Below are positions 16,201-26,100 of a stretch of DNA of 31,388 nucleotides, piece by piece. Numbering within the stretch: the stretch's first letter is position 1; every line of letters starts with the position of its first letter. This stretch comes from an uncultured Candidatus Poseidoniales archaeon. GTDB lineage: Archaea; Thermoplasmatota; Poseidoniia; Poseidoniales; CAYMED01. The DNA lies in contig CAYMED010000007.1 of NCBI GenBank assembly GCA_964389655.1, positions 1 through 31,388 of the forward strand, written 5' to 3'. The position numbers and the translations under genes are program-made. The notes under the pieces are model-generated. The model was not told the origin of the DNA, searched no databases, and saw nothing but the letters and a program-made list of their open reading frames with translations.

Positions 16201-17583
16201 ATGACTTCTACTATCGACCAGAGTTCGATCACCCATCGGCTCATTGACTGCGGACTCGAAATTAGAGAAGCTGAAATGATCACGCACCTCCAAGGGAAAA
16301 AGCCGCTTAAGGCATCTGAAATCGCAATGCAGTTAGACACATCAAGAATGGATGTGTATTCATCTCTACGTCGCTTGCAGGCGAGAGGGATTGCACGGGC
16401 AACCGTAGAGCGCCCAATGCGATTCCAAATTCATGATCCTGAAAAAGTTCTTCAAATTCTAATCCGCCAAAGCGAGTCCGAGGCACTCCGATTACGTAGC
16501 CACCTTGATGCAATACATGAACCCCTCCAAAAACCAATATTGGGAAGCAAACCACGCGCAGAGGATCCTACAATTACGGTATTGAAAGAACGCTCATCAA
16601 TCCTGGCAAGCATAGAGCATCTGGTTTCTGATGCAGAGTCGCAGGTTTGGCTGATGCTAGGGAAATGGGGGGCTATGCATCTAGCAAGGTCAACAGCTTT
16701 TGAAGTCGTTAACGAGGTAGCGTCACGGGGAGTTGATGTGCGGATACTTGTTGATCTTGACAAAAGAGTCCTCCCTACGCTCGATAAATTTGATCCGAGA
16801 ATAGAAATCCGCCATGCATCAAGGGTTCAAGTGCAAGGAGCAATCATCGATGAAGATGTGGCAGTCCTCATGGTTTCCAGCGAAAATGAGCCGATAGGGC
16901 GTGGCAAAGACGAATCCGCTCTCATCATTGAAGCAAATGAATTCATTCGTGCTCACCTTAGCTTAGTCCAGACTGCATGGGCTGAAGCAACATCACTCGA
17001 TGTAGCTAGGAGGAGAATCGCAGATGGAAGGATCTACGAACCACTCCGCGTAACCTTAGGAGAAGGTTCATTCTACCATTCACTACGCAATCATCTCGAT
17101 GGAGAAAAGAGGGTTTCAAACGCTAGATTGAGGACTGCAGAGGGGACATCTCATCCACCAAAAAAGGATGAAACCGCAATCGTATTATCGTCTCTTGGAG
17201 TTGATTCTGCCGAATTACTCCGAATTATAGCACATCGAATAGGACAGGAAATTGCGGATACATTTGGACCCATCGAAGATGATGGAGAATTCTGGAGTGA
17301 ACTGGCAATGGCATGGGATGGACTAGGATGGGGTTCTGTTGAACTGATTCACTCGGATGAGGGATCATCCATACGCATTAACGATGGAGGTTCTTGTAAT
17401 GGACGGCCAAACTTGGGACTTGGATTATGCATTCTAGATGAGGGTATTCTAGAAGGTATACTATCAACTAGATTTGAGGGGCCAATCAAGGCAAAAGAAA
17501 GGATGTGTACATCTGAGGGTAAAACAAATTGTCATTTCGAATTGGAAATTGGCCCTAGAAAAGGAGAAGGCCTAAAATCATGA
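16201..17583 (+). CDS. TrmB-family transcriptional regulator with C-terminal V4R domain
   Basis: N-terminal wHTH (GL...EA...L....P.KASEIA......R..VY..LRRL...G), TrmB effector-like middle domain (RGVDVRILV, IID), C-terminal GWG...LC..DEGILEG...ERMC...G...CHF. GGAGGT SD favours ATG 16201. Confidence 0.85.
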   Translation: MTSTIDQSSITHRLIDCGLEIREAEMITHLQGKKPLKASEIAMQLDTSRMDVYSSLRRLQARGIARATVERPMRFQIHDPEKVLQILIRQSESEALRLRSHLDAIHEPLQKPILGSKPRAEDPTITVLKERSSILASIEHLVSDAESQVWLMLGKWGAMHLARSTAFEVVNEVASRGVDVRILVDLDKRVLPTLDKFDPRIEIRHASRVQVQGAIIDEDVAVLMVSSENEPIGRGKDESALIIEANEFIRAHLSLVQTAWAEATSLDVARRRIADGRIYEPLRVTLGEGSFYHSLRNHLDGEKRVSNARLRTAEGTSHPPKKDETAIVLSSLGVDSAELLRIIAHRIGQEIADTFGPIEDDGEFWSELAMAWDGLGWGSVELIHSDEGSSIRINDGGSCNGRPNLGLGLCILDEGILEGILSTRFEGPIKAKERMCTSEGKTNCHFELEIGPRKGEGLKS

Positions 17584-17683
17584 TACTCGGAAGAAAGTAC
17601 GCCGAGGAAATAAGTGAAGCAATCACACGCGTGTTACCGCACGGAAGGCAAGGATTCATCAGCATCTGCCGAAACCGGCGTTC

Positions 17684-18073
17684 ATGAGCGACTGCACGAC
17701 AACATGTGGCCCGGGTGTTGCAAGGGAGAGCCCTAATGCAGAAATTGTATCTGTTGGTGTTTCAATCACCGAGAATGCAGTGGCTCAATTAGGTACTGCA
17801 TTTGAGAATGCATCTGAAAATGCGGCACTGATGGTCGGGGTACTTTCAGGTGGGTGTTCGGGGTACTCATATGACATGCAAATCTCTGAAGTACCTGAAG
17901 GAAGCTTCCAGAGACTCACAGTAGAAGGGATCGCTATCGCAATTCATAATGATGACTCATCTCTTCTAGATGGAATTGAAATTGACTATGTTGATAGTCT
18001 GATGGGAGGTGGTTTTCGTATCGAAAACCCCCAAGCAACGCGCAATTGCGGATGTGGGATGTCATTTGGATGA
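17684..18073 (+). CDS. A-type Fe-S cluster carrier (IscA/SufA/ErpA, HesB family)
   Basis: ITENA, GGCSGYSY, GIEIDY...L.G.GF...NP.A...CGCG.SF. Confidence 0.95.
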   Translation: MSDCTTTCGPGVARESPNAEIVSVGVSITENAVAQLGTAFENASENAALMVGVLSGGCSGYSYDMQISEVPEGSFQRLTVEGIAIAIHNDDSSLLDGIEIDYVDSLMGGGFRIENPQATRNCGCGMSFG

Positions 18074-18111
18074 GGAGATCATCCTCACGTAGAAGTTATT
18101 GTCAGGGCACT

Positions 18112-18579
18112 CTATAGTTCAATGGGCAATCGGCCAAGATGCCGCCCTGAACGTATCATGATGAGGCAGCCACAAGTTGAGAACAGCAAGGCCGCACCCA
18201 ATATCCATGAGACTGATGACAAAATTATGGCAAGCCCAACAATTGACACATATGCAATGAGTTCACATAATGCAAGCATTCGGCGCAATTGCAGGTATTT
18301 CTCAGGTCCCAAGCGCCCATCATGCTTGACTAACCACGCATGGACGACAAACCAGATCCCCTGAAAGGGGATCGTGGAGCATAGAACCGCAAGTCCTGCA
18401 AGTCGCATGGTCGAGGGATTGGATTCCTGCTGTATCGCCTCAAACAGAGTGAACATCATGCTAGTACCAAGCAACGCTGCCATCATGGACCAATGTAGAT
18501 CAGTTGAAGAAGTCCCTACGGAAATTGGTTCTCGATTAGAATTTGCGCGAGAAGATACGGCAGGTGAAATACCGGGCAT
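18112..18579 (-). CDS. Hypothetical membrane protein (~4 TM)
   Basis: Four hydrophobic segments; start placed at ATG 18579 (track TTG 18648). Confidence 0.65.
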   Translation of the reverse strand: MPGISPAVSSRANSNREPISVGTSSTDLHWSMMAALLGTSMMFTLFEAIQQESNPSTMRLAGLAVLCSTIPFQGIWFVVHAWLVKHDGRLGPEKYLQLRRMLALCELIAYVSIVGLAIILSSVSWILGAALLFSTCGCLIMIRSGRHLGRLPIEL

Positions 18580-18668
18580 CTGAGAGTGATCGGCACTGAG
18601 CAGGGGTTGAAGATTACGGCTGAAGAAAGTAATCAAAGAGGGTTTCAATCACTTTCATCATGTGCGGA

Positions 18669-19850
18669 TTACGCACCACTCTTCCGCTTTTTCCGCTTGG
18701 GCTTCTTCGGTCTTGTGGGTAATGTAGGTGAAGACATCTCAGTCGCTTTTGGTGCTGAAACCAGTTCTGAAAAGTTACTAGGGTCTTCAGGCAAGGCAGG
18801 TAACCAGTCCAAGCCTCTGCCTTCCTTGAGATAATCTGCCATCCTTCCAAGATGGTGAAATCGCATGGTACCCGTAGCATCTCTAGCCATTGCAATTGAG
18901 GGTGTTTCACCTGCCATCTCGACTATTTGCCGGTCAAATTGCTCCACTATATACCGCCTTCGGAATCGTGCAAACGGCCAACCAACAAGCGTGCCAACAA
19001 GCGCAGATATGTATAGGGCTGCTAAAACCGAAATCGCGGTGCCAATCGGATCACCACCTTGAACAGATTCAAGCGCGATCTCACGCAATGTAAGTATAAT
19101 CAGAGATACACCAACAATTGGCCTTAGTGTTTGATCCACCAATTGGCGAATGGTTACAATCCGGCGTTGTGAAAGGTCAGCAAATGCAATTTCAGAATGG
19201 CGTACTGCTAAGATAACCAGAACAAAACCCAACATTCCAACGTAAATCAGAATCGAGATTGACGCCAAGAGACCAGAAAATGCCTCCCCAACAAAATGCA
19301 CGATCAGCCATGCAAAGAGGCCAGTTGTAGCCGCATATGGAAGGTCCCACACAGCGGTATGAAAATCATCCACATGGTCGACACCACGATCTGCTCTAGG
19401 GATGTGAATTAGGTCCAAACCAAACCATCTGGCCCCATGTACTACTGCTCTTGCAGCAACTTTTCGGGAAATCAAAAGAACTTCGGCAAGGCGCAGTAAA
19501 GGCAAGGCCAACAGAGAAACTAGCATTGCAAGTGGGGCAAGAAGAGGCCAGACTGCGAGAGCAGGGAGGAGCATGAAATGCTCAATTCGGAAAGGCATTA
19601 AGCGCCGGTTTTCAACCCGGTTCGTCCGTTCAGTCGTGAGATCTGGTTGCTTTCGACGAACTCGGTCAAGAGATGTGCGATAATACTCAATGGGCCAACC
19701 AGTCCTCAGCACACGTTCCAATGCACGCTGATATTCGACTTCAGCAAGATTTCTCGTTTGCCTCCATATCCATATGATGCGGAGAGGGACACCAATCACG
19801 ACGGGGATTGCAAGCACAGCAATCGCGATCCAAAAATCAGACCAGTCCAC
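18669..19850 (-). CDS. Hypothetical polytopic membrane protein with basic C-terminal tail
   Basis: About 6-7 hydrophobic segments; ends RPKKPKRKKRKSGA; long ORF with no credible competitor. Confidence 0.75.
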   Translation of the reverse strand: MDWSDFWIAIAVLAIPVVIGVPLRIIWIWRQTRNLAEVEYQRALERVLRTGWPIEYYRTSLDRVRRKQPDLTTERTNRVENRRLMPFRIEHFMLLPALAVWPLLAPLAMLVSLLALPLLRLAEVLLISRKVAARAVVHGARWFGLDLIHIPRADRGVDHVDDFHTAVWDLPYAATTGLFAWLIVHFVGEAFSGLLASISILIYVGMLGFVLVILAVRHSEIAFADLSQRRIVTIRQLVDQTLRPIVGVSLIILTLREIALESVQGGDPIGTAISVLAALYISALVGTLVGWPFARFRRRYIVEQFDRQIVEMAGETPSIAMARDATGTMRFHHLGRMADYLKEGRGLDWLPALPEDPSNFSELVSAPKATEMSSPTLPTRPKKPKRKKRKSGA

Positions 19851-20156
19851 ATGGTCTCGACCGTTTTCGGATTGATTAGGTCTTGGGGGGATTTGAGGGC
19901 TTTGAAGGGGATTTCAAACCGGTTCAAAGACTGCGATTAGTCATCTGCACCTCCACCACCCTCTCCGAATTTGGATTCAGCGATCCAATACCTTCACTTA
20001 TTTGAAGCGTCAGCATCACTTCCCGTCAAGCATTAGCACAGTTCAGACAAATTCACGTCGCATCGGCAATTCATGCCTTGATTGACCCCTTGCAAGTTTA
20101 GTTACCATACCAGATGTGTTTTGCGTTCTCGCGCAAGCCTTCAAAGGCAATTATCC

Positions 20157-20618
20157 ATGGCGACCATTATGGACGGAAATTCACCAGTCTTTGATGCCAG
20201 TGCACATTGCGACGGCCCTTGTGGGGTATATGATCCGGCATCAGCTCGAATCGCCGGCGAAGCGGTACAATCGATGACAACTAAGATGTTGGGGCTTGAA
20301 TGTCCATCAAATGAGGATGGAGAGGCCATGGCAGCATACCTGAATACGATGAGCCGATATGCTGCAATCAAGGAGCAAGAAGCGCAACTCTGTAAGGATG
20401 AATTGCTGATTCTTTGGACTGATTTTTTCAAGCCAATGCATCTAGAAAATCATCCCAATTTGCATACCACATTTTGGAATGCGGCCAAATTATGTTCCGC
20501 CTGCAAAGTGGAAGTATCTGCAGTACATGCCCAAGAGCTCATGGATGCGATAGAGCACATCCATCATCTCTTTTGGACAGTTAAGGGTCGTGATGTCCCA
20601 TGGATTCGGGCCAGTTGA
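20157..20618 (+). CDS. sodN: Nickel superoxide dismutase precursor
   Basis: Ni-hook HCDGPCGVYDPA after a short leader ending ...ASA; IKE, LLILWTDFFKP, KLCSACK. Start taken as ATG 20157 (an earlier TTG is possible). Confidence 0.97.
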   Translation: MATIMDGNSPVFDASAHCDGPCGVYDPASARIAGEAVQSMTTKMLGLECPSNEDGEAMAAYLNTMSRYAAIKEQEAQLCKDELLILWTDFFKPMHLENHPNLHTTFWNAAKLCSACKVEVSAVHAQELMDAIEHIHHLFWTVKGRDVPWIRAS

Positions 20619-20899
20619 AGGCCCCTGTACACATACGTGTCCAAGGGGACTCGATGTGGCCAACAATTCACAATGGAGATATCTTACTCATTGAGGATGA
20701 ATTACCCGTGGCTGGCGAGATTGTTCTTGCAAAGCATCCTCTCAAACAAGAGTATATCGTCAAGCGTGTTCGCTCCATCCTCAATAATCGCGCATTTCTC
20801 GAATCTGACAACCCCGACCCTACCGCAGGTCAGGATTCACACTCCTTTGGCACTGTACCTCTAGCATCAATATGCGGAGTTATGAAAAATCCCATCTAA
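20615..20899 (+). CDS. sodX: NiSOD maturation protease (S26-like)
   Basis: VQGDSMWPT (Ser), IVKRV (Lys), SDNP....DS.SFG; TTG overlaps the sodN TGA. Confidence 0.9.
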   Translation: MKAPVHIRVQGDSMWPTIHNGDILLIEDELPVAGEIVLAKHPLKQEYIVKRVRSILNNRAFLESDNPDPTAGQDSHSFGTVPLASICGVMKNPI

Positions 20900-20941
20900 C
20901 CACAGTCATATTCATCCACCCCCAAATCTCGCATCTAGGTT

Positions 20942-21901
20942 ATGGCCCACATTTTGGTAAATGACCCCCTCGACGATCGGGCAGTTGCGCTGCTTTTAGA
21001 GGCGGGACATGAGATTGATTCTAGACGGGCCACACAAGGAGAAATTGAGAGTGGAATACTTGCAAGATATGATGCCGTCATCATTCGTTCAATGACAAAG
21101 TTAAGTGCAAATTCGATTGAATTAGGCGCCAAAGGGTCATTGAAAGTAATTGCGAGGGCAGGAGTGGGAACTGACAATGTCGACCTTCAGGCTGCAACAA
21201 AAGCAAACGTGATTGTGGTCAACGCACCTGCCGCTTCATCAGAGGCAGTTGCAGAATTAACTCTTGGTCTCCTTTTGTCATGCGCGCGACACATCTGTGA
21301 CGGCGACCGGAGCATGAGGTCTGGCGAATGGGCCAAGAAGCGGCTTTCAGGACACGAGATTCGGGGGAAAAAACTCGGCCTAGTCGGTTATGGGCGGATC
21401 GCACGAGAAGTTGCGGCGCGTGCCCGTAGTTTTGGGATGGAGATCCACACATTTGATCCATACATAAACAAAGATGAAATCTGCGAAGAAGTAACGTTTC
21501 ATCCCAGCATAAAGTCCCTATTTGAAGTATGTTCACACATCTCAGTACACTGCATGCTGACGGATGAAACGTACCACTTGGTAAATTCAGATGTGTTGAA
21601 GATGATGGGGGGTGGTCCAAATGTACTGGTTAATTGCGCGCGCGGTGGGATCATCGATGAAAATGCAGCATTCAAGGCACTTGAACGGGGAATACTCTCT
21701 GCCTGTGCACTTGATGTATTTGAGGATGAACCCATAGACACAGAACACCCATTGCTCACCCACCCAAATTTCATTGGGACACCACACATTGGTGCCGCAA
21801 CGATAGAGGCGCAACAACGGGTTGCAGCACAAACAGCGCAGAACCTCTTATCGGCACTTGAAGGAAATCCCAGTTTTGGTTGGGTCAATCGACAAAAATG
21901 A
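20942..21901 (+). CDS. serA: D-3-phosphoglycerate dehydrogenase / D-2-hydroxyacid dehydrogenase (no ACT domain)
   Basis: ARAGVGTDNVD, AVAEL, GLVGYGRIA, NCARGGIIDE, LDVFEDEP, TPHIGAATIEAQ. Confidence 0.82.
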   Translation: MAHILVNDPLDDRAVALLLEAGHEIDSRRATQGEIESGILARYDAVIIRSMTKLSANSIELGAKGSLKVIARAGVGTDNVDLQAATKANVIVVNAPAASSEAVAELTLGLLLSCARHICDGDRSMRSGEWAKKRLSGHEIRGKKLGLVGYGRIAREVAARARSFGMEIHTFDPYINKDEICEEVTFHPSIKSLFEVCSHISVHCMLTDETYHLVNSDVLKMMGGGPNVLVNCARGGIIDENAAFKALERGILSACALDVFEDEPIDTEHPLLTHPNFIGTPHIGAATIEAQQRVAAQTAQNLLSALEGNPSFGWVNRQK

Positions 21902-21905
21902 GGGA

Positions 21906-23030
21906 GTGAAAGTGGATGGAAGAAAAATTCTCATTCATGTTGATTTAGATGCTTTCTTTGCATCTGTTGAAATGATTGCATTGGACCTCGACCCCGAGGT
22001 CCCATTGGTTATTGGCTCGGATCCGCAGGAAGGACGAGGACGAGGGATTGTGTCAACATGTAATTACGCTGCTAGGCGATATGGTATACGGTCGGCAATG
22101 CCCATCTCAGAAGCGTGGCGCCGCTGCCCATCGGAACCACTTGGTAATGCAATGTACCAGGGCCCTAGATTCGCATTATACAGGCGTGCTTCAAAGCGAG
22201 TCATGGAGATACTCTGCAAGAAGGTGGATCGGTTCGAGCAAGTTTCGATAGATGAAGCAATTCTCGATGTCACACAAGTCTGTAAATATGATTCCGATCA
22301 GGCCTTTGCACTTGCACGGAATAGGCAACGAGCAATTTTCAATCAAACGGGGTTAACTTGCAGCATTGGAATCGGGCCCACAAGAATACTCGCAAAAGTG
22401 GCATCTGAGATGGAAAAACCGCGCGGGATCGTGCATATTGATCCATCTCAAATTCCCGCCAGTATCGACCATCTTGAAATTCGCAAAATTCCGGGAATAG
22501 GACCAAAATCTGCCACGCATCTAGCCGAATCCAATTTGCTTTTGATAGGGGACTTGCGCGAAGCCGGCCCTGAAGCACTAGTTGAGATACTAGGGTACCG
22601 ACGGGGAAACCGTTTGTGGAGGGCAATCGAAGGCGACACGTCATCTCAAGTTGATCCCATTCGCAGTCGTAAGTCCCTGGGAAAGGAAACCACATTTGCA
22701 AGGGACGTATTGGACCAATCAGTCGTTGAAGCCGCCCTTAACCGAGTTTCTGCACATGCGATAGAGCGTTTGCAGAGCCTAAATGCTGAGGCAAAAACGA
22801 TTGAAGTGAAGTTACGGTATAAGGGGTTTGAGACACTTACACATGCTCGAACCCTGATTGACGCACAGGCTGAATATGAGCCGATTCGCCTCATATCATT
22901 GCGCCTTTTGGCCGATATGCTCGATGCTGAAAAACCAGTTCGGCTTGTTGGAATCCGCTTATCAGGGTTAATTGCAAGACCAGGATACCAAACATTGCTT
23001 GAGGTCGACCAAACAGGAGACTTTTCTTAG
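21906..23030 (+). CDS. dinB: DNA polymerase IV (Y family)
   Basis: HVDLDAFFASVE, STCNYAARRYGIRSAMP, SIDEA, AK.AS...KP.G, IPGIG, RKS.G.E.TF, VRLVGI. Start GTG 21906 or 21912 (track start overlaps serA). Confidence 0.95.
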   Translation: MKVDGRKILIHVDLDAFFASVEMIALDLDPEVPLVIGSDPQEGRGRGIVSTCNYAARRYGIRSAMPISEAWRRCPSEPLGNAMYQGPRFALYRRASKRVMEILCKKVDRFEQVSIDEAILDVTQVCKYDSDQAFALARNRQRAIFNQTGLTCSIGIGPTRILAKVASEMEKPRGIVHIDPSQIPASIDHLEIRKIPGIGPKSATHLAESNLLLIGDLREAGPEALVEILGYRRGNRLWRAIEGDTSSQVDPIRSRKSLGKETTFARDVLDQSVVEAALNRVSAHAIERLQSLNAEAKTIEVKLRYKGFETLTHARTLIDAQAEYEPIRLISLRLLADMLDAEKPVRLVGIRLSGLIARPGYQTLLEVDQTGDFS

Positions 23031-23086
23031 AGGCGTACGTATCACATCCTCAAGAATAGGTTGAGACAAATCAAATGTGCCACTTT

Positions 23087-23094
23087 CCTTTAAG
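23087..23094 (+). promoter_or_regulatory. Candidate TATA box (CCTTTAAG) for the giant surface protein
   Basis: Lies ~26 nt upstream of ATG 23120, the spacing expected for a leaderless or short-leader archaeal transcript. Confidence 0.45.
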
Positions 23095-23119
23095 TGGGAG
23101 TGCCACCGAGTTCGGTCAG

Positions 23120-26100
23120 ATGCACATGAATCACTCTCGATTTCGCGCTGCTGGCGCGGTTTTGATAATGCTGCTTATTTCACCACTTGCAATTGCAGCT
23201 GAATCACATTGGCAAGGGACAGGACCCCTTCCGGGGGCATCTTCTGGCCGAACATTAACGGGATGGGAAGTTCCAGATAATGCCACGATGCTCGATGCAT
23301 GGCTGCAAGTATCAAATGATCAAATATCCGACATATCTGATCTCGAAATTTGGACGGTTTCAGACCAACCGGGGAATTTCTCAACCGGTACTACATCCGA
23401 TGCGGTCATCGACACCATCGAGCAAACACTTCATCTCGACTACGCACCAGGTTCAGGTTTTACAGAGGACTTTGAGAACCTTGAGCGCCAACTTCCAAAT
23501 GAGCTTGTTGCTGCTGGGATGAATGGGTCCCTTTGGGAGCCCGTAAACCTCTCAGCAGGTGGCACTATATCCGCCAATGGATCTCAAGCGATTGGATCTG
23601 GCTGGGGTCCCGGATCAGGAACTGCTGGTGATTGGGTCATTGCTAGTAACCCAGGTGCCGACTTGCCACCTGGTGCAAGTCTAAACCTAGAATCTGCGCC
23701 CATACCTCTCGATCCTGCAAACAAGTCGAACCTCATAGTGGAATTTGAACTAGCATACCACCTATTCACTGATTCTGATACTGCAGGACATGGAGATGGT
23801 GCATGGGTTGAGATCTCATATGATAATGGCACTTCTTGGAATTGGATAGAACCCCTTGGAGGCTACAACAATACAATCAGTAGTATCGCACCCGTGCCAA
23901 ATGGAGCTTCGGGACCAGGATTTGGGGTTTGGGCAAGTATCAATTACACATCTTGGACACCTGTACGTCTAGACATTGCAAATCAAACAATCCCCCCAAA
24001 TGCATCACATGCAGCTTTCCGCCTCCAAGTTTGGTCTTCATACAATTCTCCATCCACACGTCCAGGGATATGGTTTGATGAATTTTCTGTGCGGGTAGGA
24101 AGTGAGCCCGGCACATGGTTTGTTGGTAACACGAACGGCGGCTATCAAAATAACGAAGACGCATCGATGTATTACCCCATGGACCTATCTTCTGTATCGA
24201 ATAATACGTCCCTTACACTTGGCATGGGTTTGTGGTGGGATCTCGAAGGATCAAGTTATGACAACCTGCGAGTGTATGTTAGCAAAGACAACACAACATG
24301 GACTGAGGTTTCTTCTTCCGGAGGAATTCCTGGAAACTCTGGCCTGTCTGTCAATAGCACAACATATTTTGGCGAGTCAGGGGGATGGGTTTGGTTCAGT
24401 GCCATCCTGCCAACGGGTTATGCAGGTGATTCATCGACATGGCTCAAAGTGAATTTTCAAACCGATGGATCAGTAACATACGGGGGGGGGATCATCGATG
24501 GATGGGAAGGTGCTTTGGTGGATGATGTGCGAGTGTATCCCACATCTGGTGGCAACCCCGTCGTGGATGAAGCATTTACCTCACCCAGCTATGCATGGCA
24601 CTCACCGTCAACTCCCACGGGAAGTGATGAGTGGCAGCATTTGACCACAAGTGGCCGAGGTGTCCTCATATCGTATGTTGAAAACTTCGAGAATCTAGCG
24701 ATTTCCCCCCAGGGAGGATGGGCCATTCTCAACCAAGCCACTGATGGATGGGAGATCGGTGCACCTGATGTAAGTACATACGGCCCACCTAGTGGACCTG
24801 CATCGGGTTCAAACGTTGTCGGAGTCAACTTAGATGGTGCATATGGGTCTAGCCAAGTTGCTACATTGACCACCCCCTCAATTATGATCCCTACGGGATC
24901 TTCTGCCACACTGTCCTTTAACCATTGGATGTGTTCTGAAAATGGATATGATGCTGGCACTATTTTCATAGAAGGAAATCAATCAGGACGCACTCACCTC
25001 AATGGAACCACTGGATTTTATGAAACTACATTCACAGGTATAAATCCGACGTACAATGGACTTGATGTGTGGGATGGCTCCACCCACACTGCTGGACCAT
25101 TTGGATCTTGTCAGCAGCATGCAGGGGGTTGGGCAAACAAAAATATCCGATTGAGCCAGTGGGGTGGAGAAGAAATCAACGTGGTCTTTGAATTTTGGTC
25201 GGATAGCATAATTTCCTATGATGGATGGTATCTTGATGACATCGCGTTAACCCTAGAGCGCTTCCTCCCTACAGGTACATGGACAAGCCAACTGATTTCA
25301 GTCAGCGAATTGGGGAGTGGATTTGTGGATGTGGAGGCAGATATTCCTGCAGGAACATGGGTTGGATTAACCGTCCTTGATGCAGGAGGTGTGCCAATAT
25401 CAGGCTTTGAGAACCTTTCAATGCCCGCATCATTAGCGAACATGGATCTTGACATGAATCCACAAATCCAGTTGCGGCTTGAAATGGGAACGAATACGGT
25501 CTCGCTCACGCCCCAAATATACAATCTCACATATGGTTCGGCACGCGCACTACGCCCATCAAGCACTTCTGCAAATGGCTGGACTACGCTCGGGGGTTTA
25601 TCGTACAACTCAACGACTGATTTACTAGAAAACACAGCTGCATCCGCTGCAACAATTACCGCAGACTATGTTGCCAGTTCTCGGCCAATCTCTGCCATCA
25701 ATATTGAGGGGAGAATGACAGGAACCTCTGTGGACATCCTCGACCGGACTGGGCAAGTATTGGCAAGCCGGTCGTCAGGGATTGGTGCGATTCGCTTGCA
25801 AGATCCAGTACCAGGATATGCTGTGCGATTTAACCTCGGGCCGAGTGGAAATATAGGCGAAGCACGCCTAAACGGCACATGGCACCTTCCGGCGCTTAAT
25901 GCCTCAATAGATATCGCAAACGATGGAAGCGAAGAATGGTCATTCCCAGCTGATCCATCTAGAGGCCACTTGGGCTGGCAGAATCGTATCCACGCGTCTT
26001 CATCACTTGGCGGAACAACAGTCCCTTATCCAACAATGGCGCGTTCTGCTTCAATCTCTGCCGGACCAGCTGCCCCGGCAAGTATCGAGGTAATTATTCC

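Noticed and set aside
19880-19960. GGGGATTT direct repeat, TTTGAA/TTCAAA inverted repeats and a minus-strand GGAGGTG-ATG mini-ORF (MTNRSL) in the sodN intergenic region
   Set aside because: The elements are short and compatible with chance; no recognisable riboswitch or ncRNA fold.
24482-24490. G9 homopolymer as a phase-variation tract in the giant protein
   Set aside because: It encodes in-frame Gly-Gly-Gly and the ORF is intact; there is no evidence of length variation without reads.
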